Both the position numbers and the translations under genes were made by a program. 64,000 nucleotides of DNA, taken from Escherichia coli. GTDB lineage: Bacteria; Pseudomonadota; Gammaproteobacteria; Enterobacterales; Enterobacteriaceae. Location: NCBI RefSeq assembly GCF_045037415.1, contig NZ_CP173438.1. One strand, written 5' to 3'. Within the stretch, counting starts at the first letter, position 1. Every line of letters begins with the position of its first letter. Below the pieces are notes generated by a model. That model was given only the letters and a program-made list of their open reading frames with translations. It searched no databases and was not told where the DNA came from. This document shows positions 1 to 13,355 of the stretch, piece by piece.

Positions 1-1133
1 ACGATGAACGTGAACAGACTCTGAACCAGATGCTGGTTGAGATGGATGGTTTTGAAGGTAACGAAGGTATCATCGTTATCGCTGCGACTAACCGTCCGGA
101 CGTTCTCGACCCAGCCCTGCTGCGTCCTGGCCGTTTCGACCGTCAGGTTGTGGTTGGCTTGCCAGATGTTCGCGGTCGTGAGCAGATCCTGAAAGTTCAC
201 ATGCGTCGCGTACCATTGGCACCCGATATCGACGCGGCAATCATTGCCCGTGGTACTCCTGGTTTCTCCGGTGCTGACCTGGCGAACCTGGTGAACGAAG
301 CGGCACTGTTCGCTGCTCGTGGCAACAAACGCGTTGTTTCGATGGTTGAGTTCGAGAAAGCGAAAGACAAAATCATGATGGGTGCGGAACGTCGCTCCAT
401 GGTGATGACGGAAGCGCAGAAAGAATCGACGGCTTACCACGAGGCGGGTCATGCGATTATCGGTCGCCTGGTGCCGGAACACGATCCGGTGCACAAAGTG
501 ACGATTATCCCACGCGGTCGTGCGCTGGGTGTGACTTTCTTCTTGCCTGAGGGCGACGCAATCAGCGCCAGCCGTCAGAAACTGGAAAGTCAGATCTCCA
601 CGCTGTACGGTGGTCGTCTGGCGGAAGAGATCATCTACGGACCGGAACATGTTTCTACCGGGGCGTCCAACGATATTAAAGTTGCGACCAACCTGGCACG
701 TAACATGGTGACCCAGTGGGGCTTCTCTGAGAAATTGGGTCCACTGCTGTACGCGGAAGAAGAAGGTGAAGTGTTCCTCGGCCGTAGCGTAGCGAAAGCG
801 AAACATATGTCCGATGAAACTGCACGTATCATCGACCAGGAAGTGAAAGCACTGATTGAGCGTAACTATAATCGTGCGCGTCAGCTTCTGACCGACAATA
901 TGGATATTCTGCATGCGATGAAAGATGCTCTCATGAAATATGAGACTATCGACGCACCGCAGATTGATGACCTGATGGCACGTCGCGATGTACGTCCGCC
1001 AGCGGGCTGGGAAGAACCAGGCGCTTCTAACAATTCTGGCGACAATGGTAGTCCAAAGGCTCCTCGTCCGGTTGATGAACCGCGTACGCCGAACCCGGGT
1101 AACACCATGTCAGAGCAGTTAGGCGACAAGTAA
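1..1133 (+). CDS. ftsH: ATP-dependent zinc metalloprotease FtsH, C-terminal part (5' end lies outside window; reading frame enters at nt 3)
   Basis: ORF 30..1133 translation continues in frame to window edge; sequence [47 protein letters not shown] and HEAGHA zinc-binding motif typical of FtsH; ends ...SEQLGDK. Confidence 0.95.
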   Translation, partial: DEREQTLNQMLVEMDGFEGNEGIIVIAATNRPDVLDPALLRPGRFDRQVVVGLPDVRGREQILKVHMRRVPLAPDIDAAIIARGTPGFSGADLANLVNEAALFAARGNKRVVSMVEFEKAKDKIMMGAERRSMVMTEAQKESTAYHEAGHAIIGRLVPEHDPVHKVTIIPRGRALGVTFFLPEGDAISASRQKLESQISTLYGGRLAEEIIYGPEHVSTGASNDIKVATNLARNMVTQWGFSEKLGPLLYAEEEGEVFLGRSVAKAKHMSDETARIIDQEVKALIERNYNRARQLLTDNMDILHAMKDALMKYETIDAPQIDDLMARRDVRPPAGWEEPGASNNSGDNGSPKAPRPVDEPRTPNPGNTMSEQLGDK

Positions 1134-1164
1134 GTTCCCGTATCAGATGACTGTATTTGTACCG

Positions 1165-1196
1165 AAAACCCCGGGGCGTGCTCCGGGGTTTTTTCT
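1165..1196 (+). terminator. Rho-independent terminator after ftsH (GC stem CCCCGG...CCGGGG followed by T-run)
   Basis: hairpin plus TTTTTT directly downstream of ftsH stop. Confidence 0.6.
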
Positions 1197-1222
1197 TATC
1201 AATTCATACCAGGGATAACATC

Positions 1223-2071
1223 ATGAAACTCTTTGCCCAGGGTACTTCACTGGACCTTAGCCATCCTCACGTAATGGGGATCCTCAACGTCACGCCTGAT
1301 TCCTTTTCGGATGGTGGCACGCATAACTCGCTGTTAGATGCGGTGAAACATGCGAATCTGATGATCAACGCTGGCGCGACGATCATTGACGTTGGTGGCG
1401 AGTCCACGCGCCCAGGGGCGGCGGAAGTTTGCGTTGAAGAAGAGTTGCAACGTGTTATTCCTGTGGTTGAGGCAATTGCTCAACGCTTCGAAGTCTGGAT
1501 CTCGGTAGATACATCCAAACCAGAAGTCATCCGTGAGTCAGCGAAAGTTGGCGCTCACATTATTAACGATATCCGCTCCCTTTCCGAACCTGGTGCTCTG
1601 GAGGCGGCTGCAGAAACCGGTTTACCGGTTTGTCTGATGCATATGCAGGGAAATCCAAAAACCATGCAGGAAGCGCCGAAGTATGACGATGTCTTTGCAG
1701 AAGTGAATCGCTACTTTATTGAGCAAATAGCACGTTGCGAGCAGGCGGGTATCGCAAAAGAGAAATTGTTGCTCGACCCCGGATTCGGTTTCGGTAAAAA
1801 TCTCTCCCATAACTATTCATTACTGGCGCGCCTGGCTGAATTTCACCATTTCAACCTGCCGCTGTTGGTGGGTATGTCACGAAAATCGATGATTGGGCAA
1901 TTGCTGAACGTGGGGCCGTCCGAGCGCCTGAGCGGTAGTCTGGCCTGTGCGGTCATTGCCGCAATGCAAGGCGCGCACATCATTCGTGTTCATGACGTCA
2001 AAGAAACCGTAGAAGCGATGCGGGTGGTGGAAGCCACTCTGTCTGCAAAGGAAAACAAACGCTATGAGTAA
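1223..2071 (+). CDS. folP: dihydropteroate synthase
   Basis: ORF 1157..2071; first ATG at 1223 gives [32 protein letters not shown], 282 aa, pterin-binding family. Confidence 0.93.
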   Translation: MKLFAQGTSLDLSHPHVMGILNVTPDSFSDGGTHNSLLDAVKHANLMINAGATIIDVGGESTRPGAAEVCVEEELQRVIPVVEAIAQRFEVWISVDTSKPEVIRESAKVGAHIINDIRSLSEPGALEAAAETGLPVCLMHMQGNPKTMQEAPKYDDVFAEVNRYFIEQIARCEQAGIAKEKLLLDPGFGFGKNLSHNYSLLARLAEFHHFNLPLLVGMSRKSMIGQLLNVGPSERLSGSLACAVIAAMQGAHIIRVHDVKETVEAMRVVEATLSAKENKRYE

Positions 2072-3401
2072 TCGTAAATATTTCGGTACCGATGGGATTC
2101 GTGGTCGTGTAGGGGATGCGCCGATCACACCTGATTTTGTGCTTAAGCTGGGTTGGGCCGCGGGTAAAGTGCTGGCGCGCCACGGCTCTCGTAAGATTAT
2201 TATTGGTAAAGACACGCGTATTTCTGGCTATATGCTGGAGTCAGCACTGGAAGCGGGTCTTGCGGCTGCCGGTCTTTCCGCGCTCTTCACTGGCCCGATG
2301 CCAACACCGGCCGTGGCTTATCTGACGCGTACCTTCCGCGCAGAGGCTGGAATTGTAATTTCTGCATCGCATAACCCATTCTACGATAACGGCATTAAAT
2401 TCTTTTCTATTGACGGTACTAAGCTGCCGGATGCAGTTGAAGAAGCCATCGAAGCGGAAATGGAAAAAGAGATCAGCTGTGTTGATTCGGCAGAACTGGG
2501 TAAAGCCAGCCGTATCGTTGATGCCGCGGGTCGTTATATCGAGTTTTGCAAAGCCACGTTCCCGAACGAACTTAGCCTCAGTGAACTGAAGATTGTGGTG
2601 GATTGTGCAAACGGTGCGACTTATCACATCGCACCGAACGTGCTGCGTGAACTGGGGGCGAACGTTATCGCTATCGGTTGTGAGCCGAACGGTGTAAATA
2701 TCAATGCCGAAGTGGGGGCTACCGACGTTCGCGCGCTCCAGGCTCGTGTGCTGGCTGAAAAAGCGGATCTCGGTATTGCCTTCGACGGCGACGGCGATCG
2801 CGTGATTATGGTTGACCATGAAGGCAATAAAGTCGATGGCGATCAGATCATGTATATCATCGCGCGTGAAGGTCTTCGTCAGGGCCAGCTGCGTGGTGGT
2901 GCTGTGGGTACATTGATGAGCAACATGGGGCTTGAACTGGCGCTGAAACAGTTAGGTATTCCATTTGCGCGCGCGAAAGTGGGTGACCGCTACGTACTGG
3001 AAAAAATGCAGGAGAAAGGCTGGCGTATCGGTGCAGAGAACTCCGGTCATGTGATCCTGCTGGATAAAACCACTACCGGTGACGGCATTGTTGCTGGCTT
3101 GCAGGTGCTGGCGGCGATGGCGCGTAACCATATGAGCCTGCACGACCTTTGCAGCGGCATGAAAATGTTCCCGCAGATTCTGGTTAATGTGCGTTACACC
3201 GCAGGTAGCGGCGATCCGTTGGAGCATGAATCAGTCAAAGCTGTGACCGCAGAAGTTGAAGCGGCGCTGGGTAGCCGTGGACGTGTGCTGTTGCGTAAAT
3301 CCGGCACCGAACCGTTAATTCGCGTGATGGTGGAAGGCGAAGACGAAGCGCAGGTGACTGAATTTGCACACCGCATCGCCGATGCAGTAAAAGCCGTTTA
3401 A
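2064..3401 (+). CDS. glmM: phosphoglucosamine mutase
   Basis: 445 aa [17 protein letters not shown]..., phosphohexomutase active-site SASHNP motif; overlaps folP stop by 8 nt. Confidence 0.95.
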   Translation: MSNRKYFGTDGIRGRVGDAPITPDFVLKLGWAAGKVLARHGSRKIIIGKDTRISGYMLESALEAGLAAAGLSALFTGPMPTPAVAYLTRTFRAEAGIVISASHNPFYDNGIKFFSIDGTKLPDAVEEAIEAEMEKEISCVDSAELGKASRIVDAAGRYIEFCKATFPNELSLSELKIVVDCANGATYHIAPNVLRELGANVIAIGCEPNGVNINAEVGATDVRALQARVLAEKADLGIAFDGDGDRVIMVDHEGNKVDGDQIMYIIAREGLRQGQLRGGAVGTLMSNMGLELALKQLGIPFARAKVGDRYVLEKMQEKGWRIGAENSGHVILLDKTTTGDGIVAGLQVLAAMARNHMSLHDLCSGMKMFPQILVNVRYTAGSGDPLEHESVKAVTAEVEAALGSRGRVLLRKSGTEPLIRVMVEGEDEAQVTEFAHRIADAVKAV

Positions 3402-3420
3402 AACGATAAATGGCTGGCTA

Positions 3421-3448
3421 AAAAGGCGGCGATTGTCGCCTTTTTTCT
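3421..3448 (+). terminator. Rho-independent terminator after glmM
   Basis: AAAAGGCGGCGATTGTCGCCTTTTTT hairpin with flanking A and T runs. Confidence 0.6.
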
Positions 3449-3628
3449 CAGCGAACACATCGGTTTTGCTGTTTTTTTCCGCAGTTGATACAATGCAATA
3501 AAATTGCCCTTGCGAAGGTCATTCGCTTTGGTTAGTATTCACACCCGCTTCAGTGGGAAAGGTTAAATATTCCCGCTTTATTGGTTGAAGCATTGGTACG
3601 CGGCAACTCCGCAAGGAACAGGTTGATT

Positions 3629-3961
3629 ATGTACGAAGCTCTTTTAGTAGTTTTCCTTATTGTGGCAATTGGCCTTGTTGGTCTGATCATGCTGCAGCAA
3701 GGTAAAGGCGCTGATATGGGAGCCTCCTTCGGAGCAGGCGCTTCCGCTACGCTGTTTGGTTCAAGTGGTTCTGGTAACTTCATGACTCGCATGACGGCGC
3801 TGCTGGCAACGTTATTCTTCATCATCAGTCTGGTGCTGGGTAACATCAATAGCAACAAAACCAATAAAGGTAGCGAATGGGAAAACCTGAGTGCGCCGGC
3901 GAAAACCGAACAAACTCAGCCAGCTGCTCCGGCTAAGCCGACCAGCGATATCCCGAACTAA
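3629..3961 (+). CDS. secG: protein-export membrane protein SecG
   Basis: ORF 3581..3961; ATG at 3629 gives MYEALLVVFLIVAIGLVGLIMLQQGKGADMGASFGAG..., 110 aa. Confidence 0.93.
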   Translation: MYEALLVVFLIVAIGLVGLIMLQQGKGADMGASFGAGASATLFGSSGSGNFMTRMTALLATLFFIISLVLGNINSNKTNKGSEWENLSAPAKTEQTQPAAPAKPTSDIPN

Positions 3962-3975
3962 AAAGTAGTATCCGT

Positions 3976-4062
3976 GCCGAGGTGGTGGAATTGGTAGACA
4001 CGCTACCTTGAGGTGGTAGTGCCCAATAGGGCTTACGGGTTCAAGTCCCGTCCTCGGTACCA
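3976..4062 (+). tRNA. leuU: tRNA-Leu (GAG anticodon), 87 nt with encoded CCA
   Basis: GCCGAGGTGGTGGAATTGGTAGACACGCTACCTTGAGGTGGTAG...GGTTCAAGTCCCGTCCTCGGTACCA; long variable arm typical of class II tRNA-Leu; immediately 3' of secG. Confidence 0.93.
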
Positions 4063-4071
4063 AATTCCAGA

Positions 4072-4100
4072 AAGACGCTGAAAAGCGTCTTTTTTCGTTT
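4072..4100 (+). terminator. Rho-independent terminator after leuU
   Basis: AGACGCTGAAAAGCGTCT hairpin followed by TTTTTTCGTTTT. Confidence 0.7.
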
Positions 4101-4518
4101 TGGTCCTGGTCTGAGGAATGGTTGTCAGGTATCTGTATCTCGTCCAGTTGTTTTACTCGTAGCTGGTACCTTGAAACGATGGTGCCGGTATGCCTTAGTT
4201 ATAAGCTTTTCCCTTCTGCTGACATAATTGGCACTTTATTGTGTCAACTCCATTTCCGGTACGAATACGGATATGTTTACTTCTCGATAAACCATCCTGC
4301 CCCTGTCAGTATAACTACTGATGGCTACGTTCTGCGTAATGTTTAGAGACGCATTGATAATGTTATTTAATTACTGAGAACGCAATGGCCGCATCATTTA
4401 AAAAGAAAAAATCTAGCAGTGTTTCGGTCTGATATGGATTAGAGTTGAAAAACATGTCTGATATAAAATTGAACATTGTTGATAATTGTTTATATTGGTT
4501 GTGAACTTGGATTTCTGG

Positions 4519-6144
4519 ATGACAGTATTCAACAAATTTGTTAAAAGTTTTAAATCTCATTGGTTGTTGTATCTTTGTGTTATTATTTTTGGTATTACGA
4601 ACTTAGTCGCTTCTTCCGGAGCGCATATGGTTCAGCGATTGCTGTTCTTCGTTCTGACCATCCTGGTTGTTAAACGTATACCATCCCTTCCGCTTCGCCT
4701 GCTTATTGCCGCACCATTTGTGTTACTGACTGCGGCAGATATGAGTATTAGCCTCTATTCATGGTGTATCTTTGGTACAACTTTCAATGATGGATTTGCG
4801 ATTAGTGTGCTGCAGAGTGATCCGGATGAAGTTGTCAAAATGCTGGGAATGTATATCCCTTATCTATGTGCTTTTGCCTTTTTATCCCTTCTTTTTTTGG
4901 CAGTAATAATAAAATATGATGTTTCCTTGCCGACAAAAAAAGTGACAGGAATATTATTGCTGATTGTCATTTCGGGCAGTTTATTTTCCGCTTGTCAATT
5001 TGCTTATAAAGATGCAAAAAATAAAGAGGCGTTCAGTCCATATATACTAGCGTCGCGATTTGCTACCTATACGCCGTTTTTCAATCTCAATTATTTTGCT
5101 TTAGCAGCGAAAGAGCATCAAAGATTACTCTCAATTGCAAACACGGTGCCGTATTTTCAATTATCAGTCAGGGATACAGGTATTGATACCTACGTGTTGA
5201 TTGTGGGGGAGTCTGTACGTGTCGACAATATGTCTTTGTATGGATATACACACTCTACGACACCGCAAGTCGAAGCACAAAGAAAGCAGATCAAACTGTT
5301 TAATCAAGCAATAAGCGGTGCACCTTACACTGCGCTGTCGGTTCCCCTTTCTTTAACTGCTGATTCTGTTTTGAGTCATGACATTCATAATTATCCGGAC
5401 AACATTATTAATATGGCTAATCAAGCAGGATTTCAGACTTTCTGGCTAAGCTCGCAATCCGCTTTTCGGCAGAATGGTACAGCAGTTACCAGTATCGCCA
5501 TGCGCGCCATGGAAACAGTCTATGTCAGAGGATTTGATGAATTGTTGTTGCCGCATTTATCGCAAGCGTTACAGCAAAAGACGCAGCAAAAGAAACTGAT
5601 TGTTCTTCATTTAAATGGAAGCCATGAACCGGCTTGTAGCGCCTATCCGCAATCCAGCGCTGTGTTTCAACCGCAGGACGATCAGGATGCCTGCTATGAC
5701 AACTCCATTCATTACACAGATAGTTTGCTAGGTCAGGTTTTTGAATTATTAAAAGATCGCCGCGCCTCGGTCATGTATTTTGCCGACCACGGCCTGGAAC
5801 GCGACCCTACGAAGAAGAACGTCTATTTTCATGGAGGCAGGGAGGCTAGCCAGCAGGCATATCATGTCCCTATGTTTATCTGGTATAGCCCCGTTCTTGG
5901 GGATGGCGTGGATCGCACAACGGAAAACAACATCTTTTCGACAGCTTACAATAATTACATTATTAATGCGTGGATGGGGGTAACAAAGCCGGAACAGCCG
6001 CAAACGCTTGAGGAAGTGATTGCACACTATAAAGGAGACTCGCGGGTTGTGGATGCAAACCATGATGTTTTCGATTATGTGATGCTCAGAAAGGAGTTTA
6101 CAGAGGATAATCAAGGTAACCCCACCCCTGAAGGGCAGGGTTGA
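4519..6144 (+). CDS. yhbX: putative phosphoethanolamine transferase / sulfatase-domain inner membrane protein YhbX (EptA/OpgE-like)
   Basis: ORF 4486..6144 (TTG); first ATG at 4519 gives 541 aa MTVFNKFVKSFKSHWLLYL...; N-terminal hydrophobic segments then soluble sulfatase-like domain; markedly AT-rich. Confidence 0.85.
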   Translation: MTVFNKFVKSFKSHWLLYLCVIIFGITNLVASSGAHMVQRLLFFVLTILVVKRIPSLPLRLLIAAPFVLLTAADMSISLYSWCIFGTTFNDGFAISVLQSDPDEVVKMLGMYIPYLCAFAFLSLLFLAVIIKYDVSLPTKKVTGILLLIVISGSLFSACQFAYKDAKNKEAFSPYILASRFATYTPFFNLNYFALAAKEHQRLLSIANTVPYFQLSVRDTGIDTYVLIVGESVRVDNMSLYGYTHSTTPQVEAQRKQIKLFNQAISGAPYTALSVPLSLTADSVLSHDIHNYPDNIINMANQAGFQTFWLSSQSAFRQNGTAVTSIAMRAMETVYVRGFDELLLPHLSQALQQKTQQKKLIVLHLNGSHEPACSAYPQSSAVFQPQDDQDACYDNSIHYTDSLLGQVFELLKDRRASVMYFADHGLERDPTKKNVYFHGGREASQQAYHVPMFIWYSPVLGDGVDRTTENNIFSTAYNNYIINAWMGVTKPEQPQTLEEVIAHYKGDSRVVDANHDVFDYVMLRKEFTEDNQGNPTPEGQG

Positions 6145-6151
6145 TGTCGAA

Positions 6152-7510
<1,359 letters not shown>

Positions 7511-7535
7511 TTAATTAACTGATGATGAGCCTGGA

Positions 7536-7578
7536 TTTCTGCTCTCACTGAATTTTTATGCAAAATAAATGAGTTTTC
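7536..7578 (-). promoter_or_regulatory. candidate tandem ARG boxes (ArgR operator) in argG promoter region
   Basis: CTGAATTTTTATGCAAAA and ATAAATGAGTTTTCATTT resemble the ARG box consensus TNTGAATWWWWATTCANW; located just upstream of argG start on minus strand. Confidence 0.45.
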
Positions 7579-7720
7579 ATTTAATCATCTTTTATCGGAG
7601 ACAGGAAGAGTTTAGTGTGTTTTTTGTAAAATAATGCGCTTAAGGGAAAGCAGGAGAAGGTAAAAGTATTCAACAAATGAAAGTGAACTGGATATTCATT
7701 CACGTGATTAGCAATAAACG

Positions 7721-7750
7721 TTGACAAAATGTGGCGTGGATCACTATAAT
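7721..7750 (+). promoter_or_regulatory. candidate sigma70 promoter upstream of metY (TTGACA -35, 18-nt spacer, TATAAT -10)
   Basis: perfect hexamers TTGACA at 7721-7726 and TATAAT at 7745-7750. Confidence 0.5.
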
Positions 7751-7798
7751 GCCCGCAGATTTTACGTCCCGTCTCGGTACACCAAATCCCAGCAGTAT

Positions 7799-7828
7799 TT
7801 GCATTTTTTACCCAAAACGAGTAGAATT
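7799..7828 (+). promoter_or_regulatory. candidate metY-proximal promoter (TTGCAT -35, TAGAAT -10), start site predicted a few nt upstream of the tRNA
   Basis: -10 TAGAAT at 7823-7828 sits about 15 nt upstream of mature tRNA 5' end. Confidence 0.5.
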
Positions 7829-7842
7829 TGCCACGTTTCAGG

Positions 7843-7919
<77 letters not shown>

Positions 7920-8042
7920 CTTTCCCTTAGAGTCCTTTTTCAAATATACTGTGAAGACTTCGGCCTTCGTAGTGGGATTTGAAAAAATCCTTCTGGAAAG
8001 TGCTCCAGACCGCAGTTGCGGTTATAGGGTTCAGTTATATAA

Positions 8043-8066
8043 AGCCCCGATTTATCGGGGTTTTTT
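8043..8066 (+). terminator. Rho-independent terminator/attenuator between metY and rimP
   Basis: AGCCCCGATTTATCGGGGTTTTTT; a second hairpin+T-run (GGGCTTTAGGCCCTTTTTTT) at about 8089-8108. Confidence 0.55.
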
Positions 8067-8125
8067 GTTATCTGACTACAGAATAACTGGGCTTTAGGCC
8101 CTTTTTTTATGTCTTGGGGGTGGGC

Positions 8126-8578
8126 TTGTCCACATTAGAGCAAAAATTAACAGAGATGATTACTGCGCCAGTTGAGGCCCTGGGTTTTGAACTGGTTGGC
8201 ATCGAATTTATTCGCGGTCGCACATCCACACTGCGCATCTATATTGATAGTGAAGATGGCATCAATGTTGATGATTGTGCTGATGTGAGCCACCAGGTAA
8301 GTGCTGTGCTGGATGTTGAAGACCCCATCACCGTTGCTTATAACCTGGAAGTCTCCTCACCGGGTCTCGATCGCCCACTGTTCACGGCTGAACACTACGC
8401 CCGTTTTGTCGGAGAAGAGGTGACTCTGGTTCTCCGTATGGCGGTACAAAACCGTCGTAAATGGCAGGGCGTTATCAAAGCGGTAGACGGTGAAATGATC
8501 ACAGTTACCGTCGAAGGTAAAGATGAAGTGTTCGCGCTGAGTAATATCCAGAAGGCGAACCTGGTTCCCCACTTTTAA
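8126..8578 (+). CDS. rimP: ribosome maturation factor RimP
   Basis: ORF 8114..8578; in-frame TTG at 8126 gives 150 aa (M)[27 protein letters not shown]...; start codon choice follows my recollection of the K-12 protein. Confidence 0.85.
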
Positions 8579-8605
8579 TAGTCTGGATGAGGTGAAAAGC
8601 CCGCG

Positions 8606-10093
<1,488 letters not shown>

Positions 10094-10117
10094 TAAACTG
10101 TAGCAGGAAGGAACAGC

Positions 10118-12790
10118 ATGACAGATGTAACGATTAAAACGCTGGCCGCAGAGCGACAGACCTCCGTGGAACGCCTGGTACAGCAATTTGCTGATGCAGG
10201 TATCCGGAAGTCTGCTGACGACTCTGTGTCTGCACAAGAGAAACAGACTTTGATTGACCACCTGAATCAGAAAAATTCAGGCCCGGACAAATTGACGCTG
10301 CAACGTAAAACACGCAGCACCCTTAACATTCCTGGTACCGGTGGAAAAAGCAAATCGGTACAAATCGAAGTCCGCAAGAAACGCACCTTTGTGAAACGCG
10401 ATCCGCAAGAGGCTGAGCGCCTTGCAGCGGAAGAGCAAGCGCAGCGTGAAGCGGAAGAGCAAGCCCGTCGTGAGGCAGAAGAATCGGCTAAACGCGAGGC
10501 GCAACAAAAAGCTGAACGTGAGGCCGCAGAACAAGCTAAGCGTGAAGCTGCTGAACAAGCGAAACGTGAAGCTGCGGAAAAAGACAAAGTGAGCAATCAA
10601 CAAGACGATATGACTAAAAACGCCCAGGCTGAAAAAGCCCGCCGTGAGCAGGAAGCTGCAGAGCTCAAGCGTAAAGCCGAAGAAGAAGCGCGTCGTAAAC
10701 TCGAAGAAGAAGCACGTCGCGTTGCTGAAGAAGCACGTCGTATGGCGGAAGAAAACAAATGGACTGATAACGCGGAACCGACTGAAGATTCCAGCGATTA
10801 TCACGTCACTACTTCTCAACATGCTCGCCAGGCAGAAGACGAAAGCGATCGTGAAGTCGAAGGCGGCCGTGGCCGTGGTCGTAACGCGAAAGCAGCGCGT
10901 CCGAAGAAAGGCAACAAACACGCTGAATCAAAAGCTGATCGTGAAGAAGCTCGTGCAGCAGTACGTGGCGGTAAGGGCGGAAAACGTAAAGGTTCTTCGC
11001 TGCAGCAAGGCTTCCAGAAGCCAGCTCAGGCCGTTAACCGTGACGTTGTGATCGGCGAAACCATCACCGTTGGCGAACTGGCGAACAAGATGGCGGTTAA
11101 AGGCTCTCAGGTCATCAAAGCGATGATGAAACTGGGCGCAATGGCAACCATCAACCAGGTTATCGATCAGGAAACCGCACAGCTGGTTGCTGAAGAGATG
11201 GGCCACAAAGTTATCCTGCGTCGTGAAAACGAGCTGGAAGAGGCGGTAATGAGCGACCGTGACACGGGTGCTGCGGCTGAACCGCGCGCGCCGGTTGTGA
11301 CCATCATGGGTCACGTTGACCACGGTAAAACCTCTCTGCTGGACTACATTCGTTCAACGAAAGTGGCCTCTGGCGAAGCGGGCGGCATTACCCAGCACAT
11401 TGGTGCATACCACGTTGAAACTGAAAACGGCATGATCACCTTCCTGGACACCCCGGGGCACGCCGCGTTTACTTCAATGCGTGCACGTGGTGCGCAGGCA
11501 ACGGACATCGTAGTCCTGGTTGTTGCTGCAGACGACGGTGTAATGCCGCAGACCATCGAAGCTATCCAGCACGCGAAAGCGGCGGGTGTTCCGGTGGTGG
11601 TTGCTGTGAACAAAATCGATAAACCAGAAGCCGATCCGGATCGCGTTAAGAACGAACTCTCCCAGTACGGCATCCTGCCAGAAGAGTGGGGCGGCGAAAG
11701 CCAGTTCGTACACGTATCTGCAAAAGCGGGTACCGGTATTGATGAACTGCTGGATGCTATCCTGCTGCAGGCGGAAGTTCTGGAGCTGAAAGCGGTACGT
11801 AAAGGTATGGCGAGCGGTGCGGTTATCGAATCCTTCCTCGATAAAGGTCGTGGTCCGGTTGCTACCGTTCTGGTACGTGAAGGTACTCTGCACAAGGGCG
11901 ATATCGTTCTGTGTGGCTTCGAATACGGTCGTGTTCGTGCAATGCGTAACGAACTGGGTCAGGAAGTGCTGGAAGCGGGTCCGTCCATTCCGGTGGAAAT
12001 CCTCGGCCTGTCCGGCGTACCGGCTGCGGGTGATGAAGTTACCGTTGTACGTGACGAGAAGAAAGCGCGTGAAGTTGCACTTTATCGTCAGGGTAAATTC
12101 CGCGAAGTTAAACTGGCGCGTCAGCAGAAATCTAAACTCGAGAACATGTTCGCCAACATGACCGAAGGCGAAGTTCACGAAGTGAATATCGTCCTGAAGG
12201 CAGACGTACAGGGTTCTGTGGAAGCAATTTCTGACTCCTTGCTGAAACTGTCTACTGACGAAGTTAAAGTGAAGATCATCGGTTCTGGCGTAGGTGGTAT
12301 CACCGAAACCGACGCTACCCTGGCTGCGGCGTCCAACGCCATCCTGGTTGGCTTCAACGTACGTGCTGATGCCTCTGCACGTAAAGTGATTGAAGCGGAA
12401 AGCCTGGATCTGCGTTACTACTCCGTCATCTATAACCTGATCGACGAAGTGAAAGCGGCGATGAGCGGTATGCTGTCTCCGGAACTGAAACAGCAGATTA
12501 TCGGTCTGGCGGAAGTTCGTGACGTGTTCAAATCACCGAAATTTGGTGCTATCGCAGGTTGTATGGTTACCGAAGGTGTGGTTAAACGTCACAACCCGAT
12601 CCGCGTTCTGCGCGACAACGTGGTTATCTACGAAGGCGAGCTGGAGTCCCTGCGACGCTTCAAAGATGACGTTAACGAAGTCCGTAACGGTATGGAATGT
12701 GGTATCGGCGTTAAGAACTACAACGATGTCCGCACTGGCGATGTGATCGAAGTATTCGAAATCATCGAGATCCAACGTACCATCGCTTAA
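10118..12790 (+). CDS. infB: translation initiation factor IF-2
   Basis: 890 aa [23 protein letters not shown]...; GTP-binding motifs GHVDHGKT and NKIDK; repetitive charged N-terminal region. Confidence 0.96.
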
Positions 12791-12807
12791 GGTTTTTAGG
12801 GTTCCAT

Positions 12808-12877
12808 GCGGGATAAGGCGTTTATGCCGCATCCTGTATGGATTGCCTGATGCGACGCTGGCGCGTCTTATCAGGCC
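12808..12877. repeat. REP/BIME-type repetitive extragenic palindromes (two REP units) in infB-rbfA spacer
   Basis: GCGGGATAAGGCGTTTATGCCGCATCC and GCCTGATGCGACGCTGGCGCGTCTTATCAGGCC match the E. coli REP family. Confidence 0.75.
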
Positions 12878-12911
12878 AACGTGAACAGCCCTTCCACCTG
12901 AAATTAATTTT

Positions 12912-12937
12912 AAAAAGGGGCTAACAGCCCCTTTTTT
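12912..12937 (+). terminator. hairpin plus T-run upstream of rbfA (internal partial terminator)
   Basis: AAAAAGGGGCTAACAGCCCCTTTTTTG. Confidence 0.5.
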
Positions 12938-12953
12938 GTCAGGAGAATTTATT

Positions 12954-13355
12954 ATGGCGAAAGAATTTGGTCGCCCGCAGCGCGTAGCGCAGGAAATGCA
13001 AAAAGAGATCGCTCTCATCCTGCAGCGTGAAATTAAAGATCCTCGTCTGGGCATGATGACCACCGTTTCCGGTGTCGAAATGTCTCGCGACCTGGCGTAT
13101 GCCAAAGTATATGTGACGTTCCTCAACGACAAAGATGAAGACGCGGTTAAAGCGGGCATCAAAGCGTTGCAGGAAGCTTCTGGTTTCATCCGCAGCCTGC
13201 TGGGGAAAGCGATGCGCCTGCGTATCGTGCCGGAACTGACCTTCTTCTACGACAACTCTCTGGTTGAAGGGATGCGCATGTCAAACCTGGTGACCAGCGT
13301 GGTCAAACATGACGAAGAACGTCGTGTTAACCCGGACGACAGCAAGGAGGACTAA
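12954..13355 (+). CDS. rbfA: 30S ribosome-binding factor A
   Basis: ORF 12936..13355; ATG at 12954 with AGGAG SD gives 133 aa [24 protein letters not shown]... Confidence 0.93.

Noticed and set aside
30-1133. ORF-finder start codons (for example ftsH at 30, folP at 1157, secG at 3581, deaD at 18206, lpoA at 32761, yhbO at 27200, garK at 51200) taken as true starts
   Set aside because: These are the longest-frame alternatives. The starts reported in features were chosen from SD context and known protein N-termini, and ftsH is simply truncated by the window edge.
4122-4346. 74-codon ORF in the leuU-yhbX spacer
   Set aside because: No RBS, AT-rich promoter-like context, and translation without recognisable features; most likely non-coding upstream region of yhbX.
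10277-10921. 214-codon and 109-codon minus-strand ORFs inside the infB repeat region
   Set aside because: Produced by the repetitive GAA/GCA-rich coding repeats of the IF2 N-domain; low-complexity translation.
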